A program made the position numbers and the translations under genes. DNA of 64,000 nucleotides. It comes from Camelus ferus (lineage: Eukaryota). Shown in pieces: positions 1-12,490 of this stretch (position 1 is its first letter; every line of letters starts with the position of its first letter). The notes beneath the pieces were generated by a model. It saw nothing but the letters and a program-made list of their open reading frames with translations, ran no database searches and was not told the origin of the DNA. The stretch lies in assembly GCF_009834535.1 (NCBI RefSeq), contig NC_045697.1:84880001-84944000 (forward strand), read 5' to 3'.

Positions 1-1944
1 AAAATGTTAAATGAGACTGATATGGGCCACCATTTTGCCTAACTCCAAGAGGCGCCAAACTACAACAGTGTCTTTTCCTTCATAGACCAAATAGGTTAGT
101 TGGGGAGAGAGATACCAATCAAATATTGCCCAACTAAGAAACATAGTGAAAATATATCTTGTGAAAGATAGAGAGGACAGGTCTAATATTAAGTGCAGCA
201 GTGGAAAGTGCTATGGAAGAAGAGTATGAGATCTATGCCAGAGGGTCTAAGAAAGCCTCTAAGTTAATACACAAAGAAAGGAGAAGAATCAGATGTGACG
301 TTTCAGTAGAAGTTAAGCAGTTAGCATCTGCCTCTTTTTAGGTAGCACTGCTCCAAAGTAAAGTGGACAGGTGAGTGTGATGTGTACACTCTGGTGATGT
401 GTACTGCCTGAGAAGATGCTTACTGACAGTTGCTAGGTAGAAGCTTATGTAAGCCAAGAGAATCAAGGCAAAGAATGTGGAGCTCCACGGTGGTGAAGGC
501 AAGAACGTGAGAGGGATTCATAAGGAACAGATGCAAGCGAGAAGGGACAGGAGAGAGATCCGATACATGCAGATGAGGTGATTGCAGAAAATAATAATAG
601 AGCTGACTTTGTGGGGTATCTAGTATGTGCCAGGTAGAGGTCAAGCATAGATTTACTGACTCCAAAGCATATTGTCCCTTTACAATATAGAAACTTTTGT
701 TGGGGTTTTACAAAGTTTTTGGTGGTTATTGGTAAGAAAACTAATTTTATCTTAGATACACTTCACACAAATCAGCTTTGGGGTCAAAGGACAGTTAAAA
801 ATTACAGGATTTTTTGTACTATTAGATAACTTGTAGTGATTTTATGCTTCATAAACTTTTCCATGTTAAAAAAAGGGTTGCTAGTCTATCCAACTAGCAC
901 AGCGGTGCCTGTGTTTATGGTATCTTACAGTTCCTCAGGGACCACACAGAGGAGAAGGAGTGACCAATTCTGACCAAGTCAGACCTACTCTGACTTCAGT
1001 CTAGTTAGCTCTGATTTTTATTAAGTTGACTAACCTTGATTCCATATAGCGTATTCTTTTTACAAACATTTTCTAATAAAGGTAATGTTTGTAAACCCTG
1101 AAGTTGGCATGAGCTCTGAATTCTAGCAGTCTTCCACTATGGCAATTCTCCCAAATATTACAGCATTATTTGAAAAGTTGAAAGCCACTACTTTAAGGAT
1201 TGCAGTTGAAAAATATGTCATATATCCTGACTTCATTTAAACCCCAGTTAATAAGCTCTGGTCTACATAAGAGAAATTAGAGCAAAAACTTTCATTTTTA
1301 ACTTTCTGTCTCCCTTTAAACCAGTTGTATAACTTCAATTTATGCAGATTCATCTTATTCCAAAAATTGCTCATGTTGTCCTTTATCTTGCCCTCCAAAT
1401 TATGCACATAAACCATCTTCAATAATTTTAAAATGGAAATTGTACCTCCTCCTAAGAACAGTGTCTCTTAACACAGCATGCTATGGTTTAGCAGTTTTCA
1501 CTGACAGCATCTCTTCTAGCATTTTAATCAAACATTTACTTAGATCCTTCTGACACAGTAATCATATTACTTTATATGAGAAACAGGATTTTGTTGTAGG
1601 TTTTCCCCTCTATGATTAAAAACAGAGGCAATACTGAAAAATTCAAACTATTTATGACCTTGGAATACTCATTTTTATCAAAAAAGCTCAAAAAAGATTA
1701 GAGATACTGACTACCTAAGGAAGAGGGTATTCAACATGAAAATCTTTACAGATCAGACTGAGTAAAATGATTTTAAAAGTTCAGAACAGAGTTAGTTCTG
1801 TTACACTTAACTAATTACTCATATCCTGACGTTGCTATCTTTGCTAATTTGAATGTTCTGGAATGCTGCTGATCCAGGTTTGACATGCTATGTGAAATTA
1901 ACTTGTTTCCTAATTCCTCTAGGCTCACACCTTCACCCTCTTAC

Positions 1945-2500
1945 TCATTCGTTCGTTCATTCGTTCATCCATTTATTTGTTCTACAAATACAGTGCTGAT
2001 TGAATAGCCTCTTTGTCCTAGGTACAGTTTTGGCTATAGGAAACATACTGGTGGAAGAAATAAAATTCCTGCCCTTTTGGAGGTTGGGTAACTCTTTAGT
2101 GGGGAGCCAGGCTCTGGAGTCAGACTTCTTGGAGGTAATCTTGCTCTGCCTGTGTAACCTTGGGCAAGTTATTAAACCTCCAGTACTTGTTTCTATCGGT
2201 TAAAAGAGAAGAGCATTAGTTTCTACTCCCAGGGTTCTGTGAGGGTCAGAAGACTTAGTATTTGTAGAACATTGAAAAGAGTACCTGACTCATATTGGGA
2301 GTGAAATAAGTTAGCTCTTATGAGTATTGTAAATAAGTGAGTAAGTATAAGCTATTATTTTATATGGAGACAATGCTGTGAAGAAAACTCAAGTAAGATG
2401 AAGAGCCGGAAAGTGAGTGGAATTGGGGTGGGTTGTGTTGCTTTAATAGGCAGGTCAGGGAAGGTCTCTCTGAGGAAGTGGAGTTCAGGAAGAGTTGACC
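1945..2500 (-). mobile_element. L2 LINE 3' fragment, interrupted by a MIR
   Basis: Starts with the (attc/gttc)n antisense L2 tail followed by ...ttgaatagcc...cctaggtacag...cctgccct. L2-like sequence (gtcagggaaggtctctctgaggaagtg) resumes after 2365. Confidence 0.7.
2100..2320 (+). mobile_element. MIR SINE
   Basis: ggctctggagtcagac...tgtgtaaccttgggcaagttattaaacctc...ggttctgtgagg matches the MIR core. Confidence 0.8.
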
Positions 2501-5500
2501 TGAACTCCACCAAGAAATCTGTGATTACATGAAATTGAGGGCTGGAAGCCAGAAAAGACTTGAACGCGTGTGTGGTGAGCAGACTTCTACCCTGTTTTCA
2601 CATCTCTCTAGGTCTCCTTATGGATTGCTGTGATTGATGGATGAGAAAGAATTATGAAACAGGGATAGACTGAGAAAACACAATTTAAAATTCAGACCAA
2701 CTCTTTTCTCCTTTTTTCACGATAAAAACAACACCCAATCAAAGTTTTAAAATACTAGTCTGGTATGTGGAATTCCAAACAAAGAAACTACAGCCCATTA
2801 ACCTGAGGACGCTGATCCACATGACCTCTGTGTACATCACCTTAATTGACTGGCTTCCAAGTTCTGTCTCCAAGAAGTCACGGTCCTTACAAAGTCCAAC
2901 AGATGCTCAGACCTCTCCTTTCTGAGAGAAGGTGTTCACTGGTTTTAAGATCTTGTGGAAATCAATAGCTAATCCTTTTTAAATTGGAGTTAAATGATAC
3001 TGGATAATGTTACTAACTCTATAAAATTACTATTTTTATTTGATCTACAAGTCACTCATTTTCCTAGAGGTTTCTGTCTTGTATCATGAAGAAAAATGCC
3101 TGAACCGCACATTTTGTAGATGGAAACAAGCAAACAAATGAAAAAGAAGAGATGCAGGTATAGAGCCACGATTCCTTTAAAATGAGAGAAGCAATAAGAA
3201 ATATTGAGAAGAAAGAGTAAATGTTATAATAAGCAAGTTAAATAAGTTAATTTTATTTATCTTGGAGCTTGACCTAAATTAAATTTGCCTTAAAGCTAGA
3301 AAAGTTTTTTCCTACACTTTCATTGTTAATTTTTAGCTCTTGGCTATAAAAAAAAAAAAAAAGACCTGTTGTATTTGTATTTATCAAGGAGCATGATTTT
3401 TGATGCAATTACAATTTCTGGTATTTTTTGAAATATCTGCAATTAGTTGAACTTCTCATTAGAAGAGGATTTGTTTCTAATACTCTCACATAACTTGGCC
3501 CCCAGATTCCCTTATCCTTCCACATCCTATCCTTATCCTTATCCAGCCCAGCACTTTAGTCACACTGAAGAATTCATCATCCCCTAAATGTCTGCCAACA
3601 TTTTATTTCTCCTAGTTTCAATCCAAACACTCTTTTCTTTACCAGTAGTTAATAGCCCTCCTTTGAGGGAAGGGATCATACATCTTAATTACAGGAAGCA
3701 GTAACACAGAGCTCCAGATAGTATGAAAGAAGAAGAATGAACCCATAAAAGTACTTGTAAGAAGAGGAAAGAGTGAAATAAAAGAAAAAAAAAGTGCAGA
3801 TTAGTAGGCAGTGTGGCATAGTTTCTAAAACTGTCTGAAAGTCAAGGAAAGACCAGGTGTGGCAATAAAACTGTGTTTGGGGAGTGAGACTAACTGTTGC
3901 ATGAAAAGCTGTCAACTGTTAGCAGAGTTTGATTATAAAAATATTTTTAGCCTTTGTTTTTATAAACATATAGTCCTGTTAACAAACAATGGCTAGTGAA
4001 AAATAAAGTTGCAGAGCAAAGTTTCCATCAGTCTTGGAAACACCCCTTCACTCATAGTTTCCATGACTACATAGGTCTCTGTAGTTGGTTGGCCTCAGTT
4101 ACGACAGCCTGATGCACGTGTACATGCCCAGACTGCCTCCCATACTAGCGATGATATTTATATTAGCTGAATTTGGAACAGCTTAACAAGATTCCTTTTG
4201 TTTGTGTCAATATTTGATGAGAGAGACTGTATCTTATCATTTTATGGGGCAAGCTCAGTTTTCTCTATTTTTTGTTAGGTAGATAAGTCAAGATCCTGGA
4301 AGCTTTTTGTTTTGGTTTGAGGTTTTTTTGTTTTGTTTTGTTTTTTTTAATTGATATTCATTAAATGTTTCCACTAACTTTTACTTCTCTATAACCAATC
4401 CAAAATAAATAATATTTTAATAAATTTAATTTTTTCCATCTCTGTAATAAGAATTTCAAAACACTGTCGTTCCAAATAAATTTTAACTCAAAAGTACAGT
4501 GGATGCTGAAAGAATCAGTTCACGGTGGTTTGTAGGAAATTGAAAAAGGTATATAAATGAAAAATTATATTTGAAAGTGATACAAATGTATTTAAAATTT
4601 ATACATACATAAGTTCATTCATTGATTGAATGATGTAGATGGATTTTCCTTCTTTCAAAAAATATACCCTTGAAAGTGCAGGAAAGCTGTGCAGCAATTT
4701 AATTCAGAATTCTTTCACTGCTTTATTCTTTTCCTTATTATGTTATAGCTGTATTACTCATATTTAATTCAATTGCATTTTTCTGTTTTTAGAGACCGGA
4801 GTTTATTGAGTCTTTCCAAAGATTTTGACTTAATTTTCATAGAAACAACTCCATATTTTTTATTGTCATCACTGCATAATATTTGATTAACTTTAATAAT
4901 TATAACAAAGCGTACACAAACAGAATTGTAAACAATTCTTGGTGAGCATACAATTCAACTGGTAGTAGCTAGTGGGCACAAGTATTTTGTAAAGTTTATT
5001 ATTAAATACAAGGAGTTAATGTCCTGTAGGCAACAATAATATAACTCACTGGGAAATGGAGAACCTCAGTTATTTTGGCAACAGAGTAGTAGTTAAATGG
5101 AGGTTGGCTGAAATAGTGCAATGTTTTCTAACTCACAGACACATATTTTTCTTTGAAATGAGTATGGTTTGTAGTGTCATGTGAAAACCTGGAAAGCATA
5201 TCTTTGATAATGAATTATTTGTGAATGTTTTCAATATTTTATATTTTAATAAATGCATAGCATATTACAATTACTATAAACTAAGTTTTTAATGTGTTAG
5301 AAACTATTCTATCTGAATTTTCAGAGAGGTTAATGTTACTTTGGTATTGTAACACTTTTAAGCCAAATTAATTGGATTTTATTTTCCAGAAGAAGAAAGA
5401 TGCTTCTTTTAAAAATAGTAAAAATGTCAAATCAGTAATATTGATACTGATGTATTCCTGAATTTATGCCTGTGATATCTGGAATGGTATATGGGTAATA

Positions 5501-6678
5501 CCCAATACCAAAAAGAAAAAATCAGATGATTATTTATATATTGTGAAATTGATAGGACAATAAAAACATTTAGAAATATATATAATATGAATACACATGT
5601 TGTATATATAAACATTTAAATCCTCGTATGCATAGATATACCTCATACCCCCTGTCCTTATCCCATATTGAATCGTTTCAGTCCTGTGACCATCTTGGAA
5701 TCCCTTTTCTTGCTGTCTGCTCTTTCTCTTCTTACTCCCTATGATTTCCTTTGTTTTCCTCACCCGTTCTGTAGGTGGCTCTCACCTCTTTTTCCTTAGT
5801 AATGTCTCTATTATTCCTGGCTCTGTCCCTGGGGAGCTGCTCAGATCTATGAATGATGAAAGCTTTAAATCCTTCAGATTCCCCAAACATCCATTTATAA
5901 AACAAACAGATCTCCATCTTCTGATCTTGGCCAGTTCTCGTGGTATAACTTTAACGTGTTGTTAGCTTGACAACTTATTTCCCAAAGACATCCCTCTCTC
6001 TATCATTCCACCTCCTGAAACATGGATGGTGGGAACAAAACAAACTTATTGAGAGAAAAGAAAATCCCCTTCTGTCACCATGGAGTAAATCGAATTCAAT
6101 CCTGTTCCAAGCTCTGCAACTGAGGTGAGTCTATACAATTTTGATTGTCAGCTTATAAAACTGAAAATGTTTTGTTCAAGTGATAATTTCTAAGGTTTCA
6201 GGACCCAAAGTAAGTCATGGAAAGTCCTTATTTTGAAAAATGCTCACCATTGTAGTTGGGCTCTTTCAGATTTTGTCGGTTATTAGAATTTGTAACAATG
6301 ACAACAGTCATTCAGCTTAAAAACAGCACAAGGCCTATAAAGATCCCCAATAAGAAGAGGCTGCGCAAAGGGAAATGCAGGAAAACTCAAAGGACAGGAC
6401 TGATTTCACATACTTAGTGGTGAAAAGCCTTAAAACCTTGTTTTATTGGAAGCAAATTTTGCCGAGACTGAGATTGTCTTTGCCAATGATTTATTTAACA
6501 GAGGTTTACTGTAGGGATTATAATTTATAATAATATTTCACAAGATAATAGCATATAGGACCATATCTCTTAATAAGCCAATAAAGAAATAACCTCCTCC
6601 AAATCAATGGTAGATTAATTACACTACGATTCCAGACAAGGGGGAGATGAAAGAAGTCCAAATTTAGTTGAGACGTAC

Positions 6679-7040
6679 CTTTCAATGAGTTGGTTCTCTG
6701 TAGAATCAGTCCTTCCAACGAAACGCTGGGCATCAGCTGCCGACTTGGGTACCTCGTTTCTGGGGCGTGAAGCAAGCGGGCAGTGGTACCAGTGTTGGCA
6801 GGCAAGGTGGCTGCTCTGAGGGTCACTACTCTAGGGATGGTTGTACAGCTTGTGCCACTGTCTCTGAAGAGTGGCCTCGCCGAGGCAAGAACGGATGTCC
6901 CTTCTCTTCCTGAGACTGCTGAGCAGTTTAACACCACAGCCCACCAAGAATAGCCTGGCCGTAAAGGAGCAAGTGTCTCAAAATCTATGGAGAGCTGTTT
7001 AGATCAGCCTTGCCGAGACTGAACACTCTGCAGCTGCTCA
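6679..7040 (-). other. Putative non-coding first exon (5' UTR) of an unidentified minus-strand gene
   Basis: Minus-strand donor TTGAAAG|GTACGT with the exon ending at 6679. About 13 CpGs lie between 6670 and 7080 against a CpG-poor background, with no recognisable repeat, and promoter-like motifs sit immediately upstream. The only internal ATG (ctgATGccc) has weak Kozak context. The 5' boundary is estimated. Confidence 0.6.
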
Positions 7041-7140
7041 TCCAACCTCTTGGTTTTCAAAGTTTAAATGTCTGTCACGTGATGGACACTGCTGCCTTTA
7101 CCATGGTGTCAGTGATGAAATAGTCCTTTCCACTTGAGGT
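7010..7140 (-). promoter_or_regulatory. Putative core/proximal promoter with palindromic E-box and TATA-like element
   Basis: GTCACGTGAT at 7074-7083 (USF/MiT-TFE-type E-box). Minus-strand CATTTAAA at 7070-7063, CAGCTG at 7031-7036 and Inr-like TCAGT at 7022-7018. All lie directly upstream of the candidate exon. Confidence 0.5.
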
Positions 7141-7325
7141 ATGAGAATTCAATAAAGTCCTAATATCCAACTTCAAAACAGTTTCATCAAAACAAGTTCA
7201 AACCAGAAACAACTTTGTCCAAAACAAGCTTTCAAAACATGGATTTGAAATCGTAACAAGTCAGAACACAACAGTCTTAACATTATATATCTTTAACCTG
7301 AGGACAAAGAGGACTGTTTCATGTG

Positions 7326-7882
7326 CAGGCATACCTTGAAGATGCTTCAGGTTGGGTTCCCGACCACTGTAATAGAACAAATAAAGTGATAAAGCCAGGC
7401 ACATAAGGTTTTCGGTTTCTTGGTGGTTGTAAAAATTATGTTTACACTATACTGTAGCCTATTAAGTGTGCAGTAACATTATGCCTAAAAAAGTGCATAC
7501 CTTAATTAAAAAACACTTTTTTTGCTAAAAAATGCTAACCATCATCTGAAGCCTTTAGCAAGTCCATCAAAATACTTTTTTGAGTTCATCAAAATATATT
7601 CAAAATAAAAAATGAATAAAATTCAGCGAGTCCATCAAAAATACATACTTCAGCGAGTAAGATCAAAGATCACTAATCACAGATCATCATAACAAATATA
7701 ATAATAATAATGAGAAAATTTGAAATTTTGTGAGAATTACCAGACTAACACAGAGACATGAAGTGAGTAAATGGTGTTGGAAAAATGGCACCAGTAGACT
7801 TGCTCCTTGTGGGGTTGCCACACATCTTCCAATTTGTACAAAATGCAGTGTCTGTGAAGCATAGTAAAACAGGGTGTGTCTA
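7326..7882 (-). mobile_element. Internally deleted Tigger1 derivative (TcMar-Tigger, non-autonomous)
   Basis: Begins with the Tigger1 terminal inverted repeat (TIR) CAGGCATACC and ends with a degenerate TIR (agggtgtgtcta) followed by TA. Both Tigger1 terminal segments are present but there is no transposase. Confidence 0.85.
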
Positions 7883-8369
7883 TAGTGTTGCAAGTGTCTT
7901 CTTAGGATCTTGGAAATAAGGAGCACATGATCACCAGCAAATAGCTCTTAACGGGTCAAACCAGAGATACGCCAAAGCAAATATCGTAGTGATTAGATAT
8001 CTGTCATCCACGTAAGCAATTATTTGAAAAGGCTCTTTAACGGTTGGAAATTTTACATTCTTTCTTTTTTATTTTTGAACTCATATTGCCATTTTATTTC
8101 TCCTTGTAATCCTTGAAAGTCCCTTATGATTATTCTATTGTATTTCATTGTGTTAAAATATATGTTATATTGAAGTTTGAATTTATTAAAAACTTTCCTC
8201 TGATCATAGGTCCTAAGTGTTAATATTTCTTTGTAGATTTGATTATATTTATTATCAGTACACAGTGAATCAAAACAGGATGGATTTGTGATATTTCATT
8301 TATTTACTAAATTCATGATATTTTATTTACTGAATTTCAAAACTGAAATTTTGAAATACAAGAAATGCA

Positions 8370-8500
8370 TCTTTTTATTCTTTGAATACTTTATTTTGGA
8401 AATTTATAAATCTACAGAAAAGTTGAAAGAAGAGTACCATTAACATCTTCACATCCTTCACTTAAATTCACAAGTTGTTAGTGTTTTGGCACATTTATCT
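8370..8500 (-). mobile_element. Old L1M (L1MC/MD/ME-type) 3' end fragment
   Basis: ctttattttggaaattt...acagaaaagttgaaagaagagtacc...aacatc...atccttcac resembles the antisense 3' UTR terminus of ancient L1M elements. Confidence 0.6.
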
Positions 8501-11500
8501 GAAGAGGGGTTAAGTACATGTAATATAGAATGACATTATGTTTCCCAAATTTATACCAGCACCAGGTTTAGAATGAAATCCTATTAATCAGTTGTAGCTC
8601 AGGCCCTCACTCCCCACTTTTTATAGGATTTATATAGTCTACCCAAAGATCTCCCACTTCTTCTGCTATTCCTGGGATGTCTTGGACATGTCTCAGGTGT
8701 GCATATGAGTAAGTTCTGTTGGCTACCACCTGGAACCTGCTAATATCTTCTCTTTACATAGCCTTCCATGAAGAAATATACTATACCCATAAAGATGTGA
8801 CTTGGAAACTTTCCACAGTCCTAGGTATGCTTACAGTTACCTGTCCTTCCCAACAGGTGTCAAGGACTCTGATCCAACTTCTCCTTAGCAGAGCACCACT
8901 GCTCCCAGTAAATAATTCATGTTTCTCTCTCAGGCTATTATAACTGTTCTGTATTTTCTAATGTTCTTGATGCCTTGAAACCAAGTCCATTTATAAATGC
9001 TTCCCTGTTCCTTCATGTTATACAAAGCACAAAGCTACCAAAACAGTGCTGCTTTTTCCTCAATGCCTTTTTTTTTTTTTTAAAGAAAACAACTATTTAT
9101 ATTTTAGCCTATAGCTTAATACCATCATCAAAGGACTCAAACATGAATCCCTGGGAGACTTGGCTACGAACATATCCCTTGTCACCATGTAATACTCAGT
9201 AAAGTCCACCTTTCTCCATGGTTTCCAAAGCCTTGTAATGGGACCTGATTTGTATGCCTGCCTTTGTTCTCTCATTGGAAAAGTTCTCTTCAGCAGGCTC
9301 TTCAGTCTCTCATGCAAGATGACCTCTAATGAACATACCCTATTTCAGTACCTCCTGGACACCCCTCCAGCTTAAGATCTTCCTCTTCCCTTGCTTATAC
9401 ATAAACAATGCATTTATGACAGCCAGAAATTGAATCCCAAGTTAACATGTCTGCACATAAATTGTAACGTGGTAATTCAAAATAAGAGGAAAGATAATTT
9501 TGGAACCAAGTTAACAAAGAAATACATTTATTTATGGTCAACCTAAGTGTAATCAGGAGGAAAGAAAAATTATGTGGTTTGGATTGTTGATGAATTCCAA
9601 AAACAGAAGTTTTTTGTACCTTTTGCTTTTTAATACAACTAACAACTGAGAAGGGGAAAAACCAGAGTTTGTAATTTGGATAAATTTTGGAATTTCTGTT
9701 CATTTTGAAACCCATGAAGGAAACTAAAGATTTAGTTTACGTCAGTTTGCAATTGTGATAGTTTGGGGTTTTCTAGAAGTGTCTATGGATTTTTTTAAGC
9801 TTGGGAAATTATCCTCCTCTGAATGGACTGCGTGAGTGAACACACTAATTGTGAGAAGTGACCAATCTTTCTCCTTCCACTTTTTGTGGTTTCTAATGGT
9901 ATAATGATGTCTAGTACATCCATTGAAAACTTCTTTTGCTAGATTTAAAACAGAAACATGTTTAAAACTTTTATTGAGTGATTTCACATTCTTGTCTAAT
10001 TGTGTTTTCATTTTTAGAAAAGCAGAAATAACCAGGGGCTGTTTAAAAATGGACTAATTAAAACAACCTTTCTTTAAATGTTTCCCAACATAACTTTTAC
10101 CTTATGAAGATTAAACATTTAAATTAGAGGAATGCCTTTTCTTCCCCCAGGTTGTCTTTAATTTTGACCCTTGGGTGCTTGGCTTGGGAAATGGAACTCT
10201 GCCCAACTTTTATGTTGTAATAATTTACTATTTTCACTGTTTCTTCTCAATATATAGTAAGAGAAAAATAGTAACTTTACTTACACCATAAGACAACTGG
10301 CAAGGCATTCTGTGAGTGCATTCCCTGTTGTTAGAGAGGGAACAGTTCTAAGAGAGGAACTTTCTAATGTTAAAATTTCTAAATTAAAACAAAACTAAAA
10401 AGAATTAATTTGTTCAATTTTAGGCAAAATCATCATTGTATTCCAACTCACTCTATCTAGTTGAACTGGCTACAAAGTATGGGCTGGTAGGTGCTATAAA
10501 ATGTCCAACTTTCCTTACTCCCTTTTTCATTTTATAATTTTAGTAAAAAGATGGAAATATTCCACAAAGCCCCATATTTTCATTCCTTTGTTAATACCAT
10601 GTTCATCTAACTGGCTTCCTATTTCATTATTTCTGTCTTGTCTTCATATATTACTTTTGCTTCTTTCCCTTATCTCCTCTGTAATGAAATATTCATTCAA
10701 CTTTCCTTCCCTCTAAATAGACTGAAAAATCACCTTCAAATGAGAGTCAGAAGAAGAAATAATGGCCTAATATTCTCTTAATCTTTATAAATAACACTCT
10801 GCTAAATTTGAGGTTTCTAATTTGGTGGTTTTTTTCCTTGTAGTTGAAAGAGTTAAATTATTGAAAAGAAAATGTATACTTAATAAAATTTTTGAAGAAT
10901 TAGATTGAATTTATTTCAAAACAATACTTAACCTATTTTATGTTTCAGTATTTTCAAAGATCTTGAGGGCAAGAATTAATTTAGATATACCTCATCCATC
11001 AGCTATAAAGTTTGAGTTTACAGGATATGAAAGAGTTTTATTTGATAGCTATTTTATGGGTTATGCATTTGGATGATACATATTATTGTTTTATATATAT
11101 TTTACTTGTAATCTCTGAAAATTGAGTGCCCTGTTTACTAAGCACTCAATAAATCCTCAGCAGTTAATCAAGGCTCCTGCACATTAAAACTTCTGCCAGG
11201 ATTTGGGATTCAAGAGATGGTGAGGGATGGGGAGAGTTGATGAGTGCATGTTAAGCATTGATGGCAGGGTTGTGAAATATTTTTCCTTGAGGACACTGAG
11301 TTTAAATTTGTCTATATTTTGACTTTAGAATTTCATTAAATTTGGTGTCATTTTAACCTGTATTTTAAGAAAATGTGCCCTGTATTGTTCTGGAATTATT
11401 TAACTTACTCTAAGACTCCTAATATGTTCTTGGAGGTATATGGTACAGATAAGCATATGAATACTCTGACACTCATTTGCAACTATGTCACAATTTTAAT

Positions 11501-12339
11501 TCCTACTAAGTCTACTCTAAGGTTTCAAATAGCATTAGTATATTTACCAGCTCAATTTTCCATGTATGCAATAGTTTAATACACTGTAATATTAATTCTT
11601 TAGAACTGAAGTTTCTTAAATTGATCTTATTTAAGAAACAAGTTTGTATTCAGAAAGTTCAGGGAAAATAATTCCAATCCCAGTGTGAGTGTGTGTGTAG
11701 GTATATTTATTTTCCTTTAGGACAATGAAATCAATCAATTTTCTTAGTATACATATAAAAGTAAAAAGAGCATTTGACTTTTACAGAAAAGCTTTCCGTA
11801 AGGTATTCTTATGAAAGAAGCTTCACTGACCATTTGGAAACATTTCTTTTTTAAACAAACTGGTAAAGCAGAAGTGGCTTTAGTAGGCAGAAAATACTGC
11901 TCGGGAACAAAATTTCAGTTCTCTTAGTAAAAAATATAATTGTGGTTAAATTCATGGGTGGCTTGTTTTGCTTCTGTTGCCAAGTGTTTGGATCCAGTGG
12001 TCTATGGTGAAAGGCAGCAGTTCTCCAGGGATTCTTAAAAGCATGTGACCTTCCAAGCTCTAGTACTAAGTTTTAGAGTTACCTGAAAAGCTATCTGATT
12101 GACCAGACATGTGTTCGCTACCATCCTGTGCCTAGCTACACAACATGGCCAGATTAGGAAATGTTTCGGAAGAGATTTGTGCTTAATGGATCATTTGATT
12201 TATTTTTAGTGCCTTAATGGAAACTTTGAGAATATTTTTTCGGAACAAATGTTGAATTAGATAAAAGACTAGGAACAGTTTCTTTTGTGGGCTGGGGAGG
12301 GGTGGTGGTCTGCTTTCATTTCTTACTGTTACTTTTTAA

Positions 12340-12490
12340 ATCCTAGCTTATCCCTGAAAAATATTATCATCCTTGTCTTTGTAGATGAGAAAAAAGAAGA
12401 TGAGAAAAGAGTGAGCAGCCTGCCGAAGGTCATACACAACTAGTAACTATTCAAGCTTAGGCTTGCCTTTCGCCAAAGTTGGTGTTTTCC
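12340..12490 (-). mobile_element. MIR fragment
   Basis: tattatcatccttgtctttgtagatgagaaaa...gcctgccgaaggtcatacacaactagtaa, antisense MIR core. Confidence 0.65.

Noticed and set aside
6077..6130. Plus-strand ACCATGG Kozak followed by a GAG|GTGAGT donor
   Set aside because: The ATG is followed by GAG TAA (2 codons), with no supporting acceptor or promoter; likely chance.
6518..6937. 139-aa minus-strand ORF as a complete CDS
   Set aside because: Non-ATG start, reads through the splice donor into AT-rich intron-like DNA, and resembles no protein I know.
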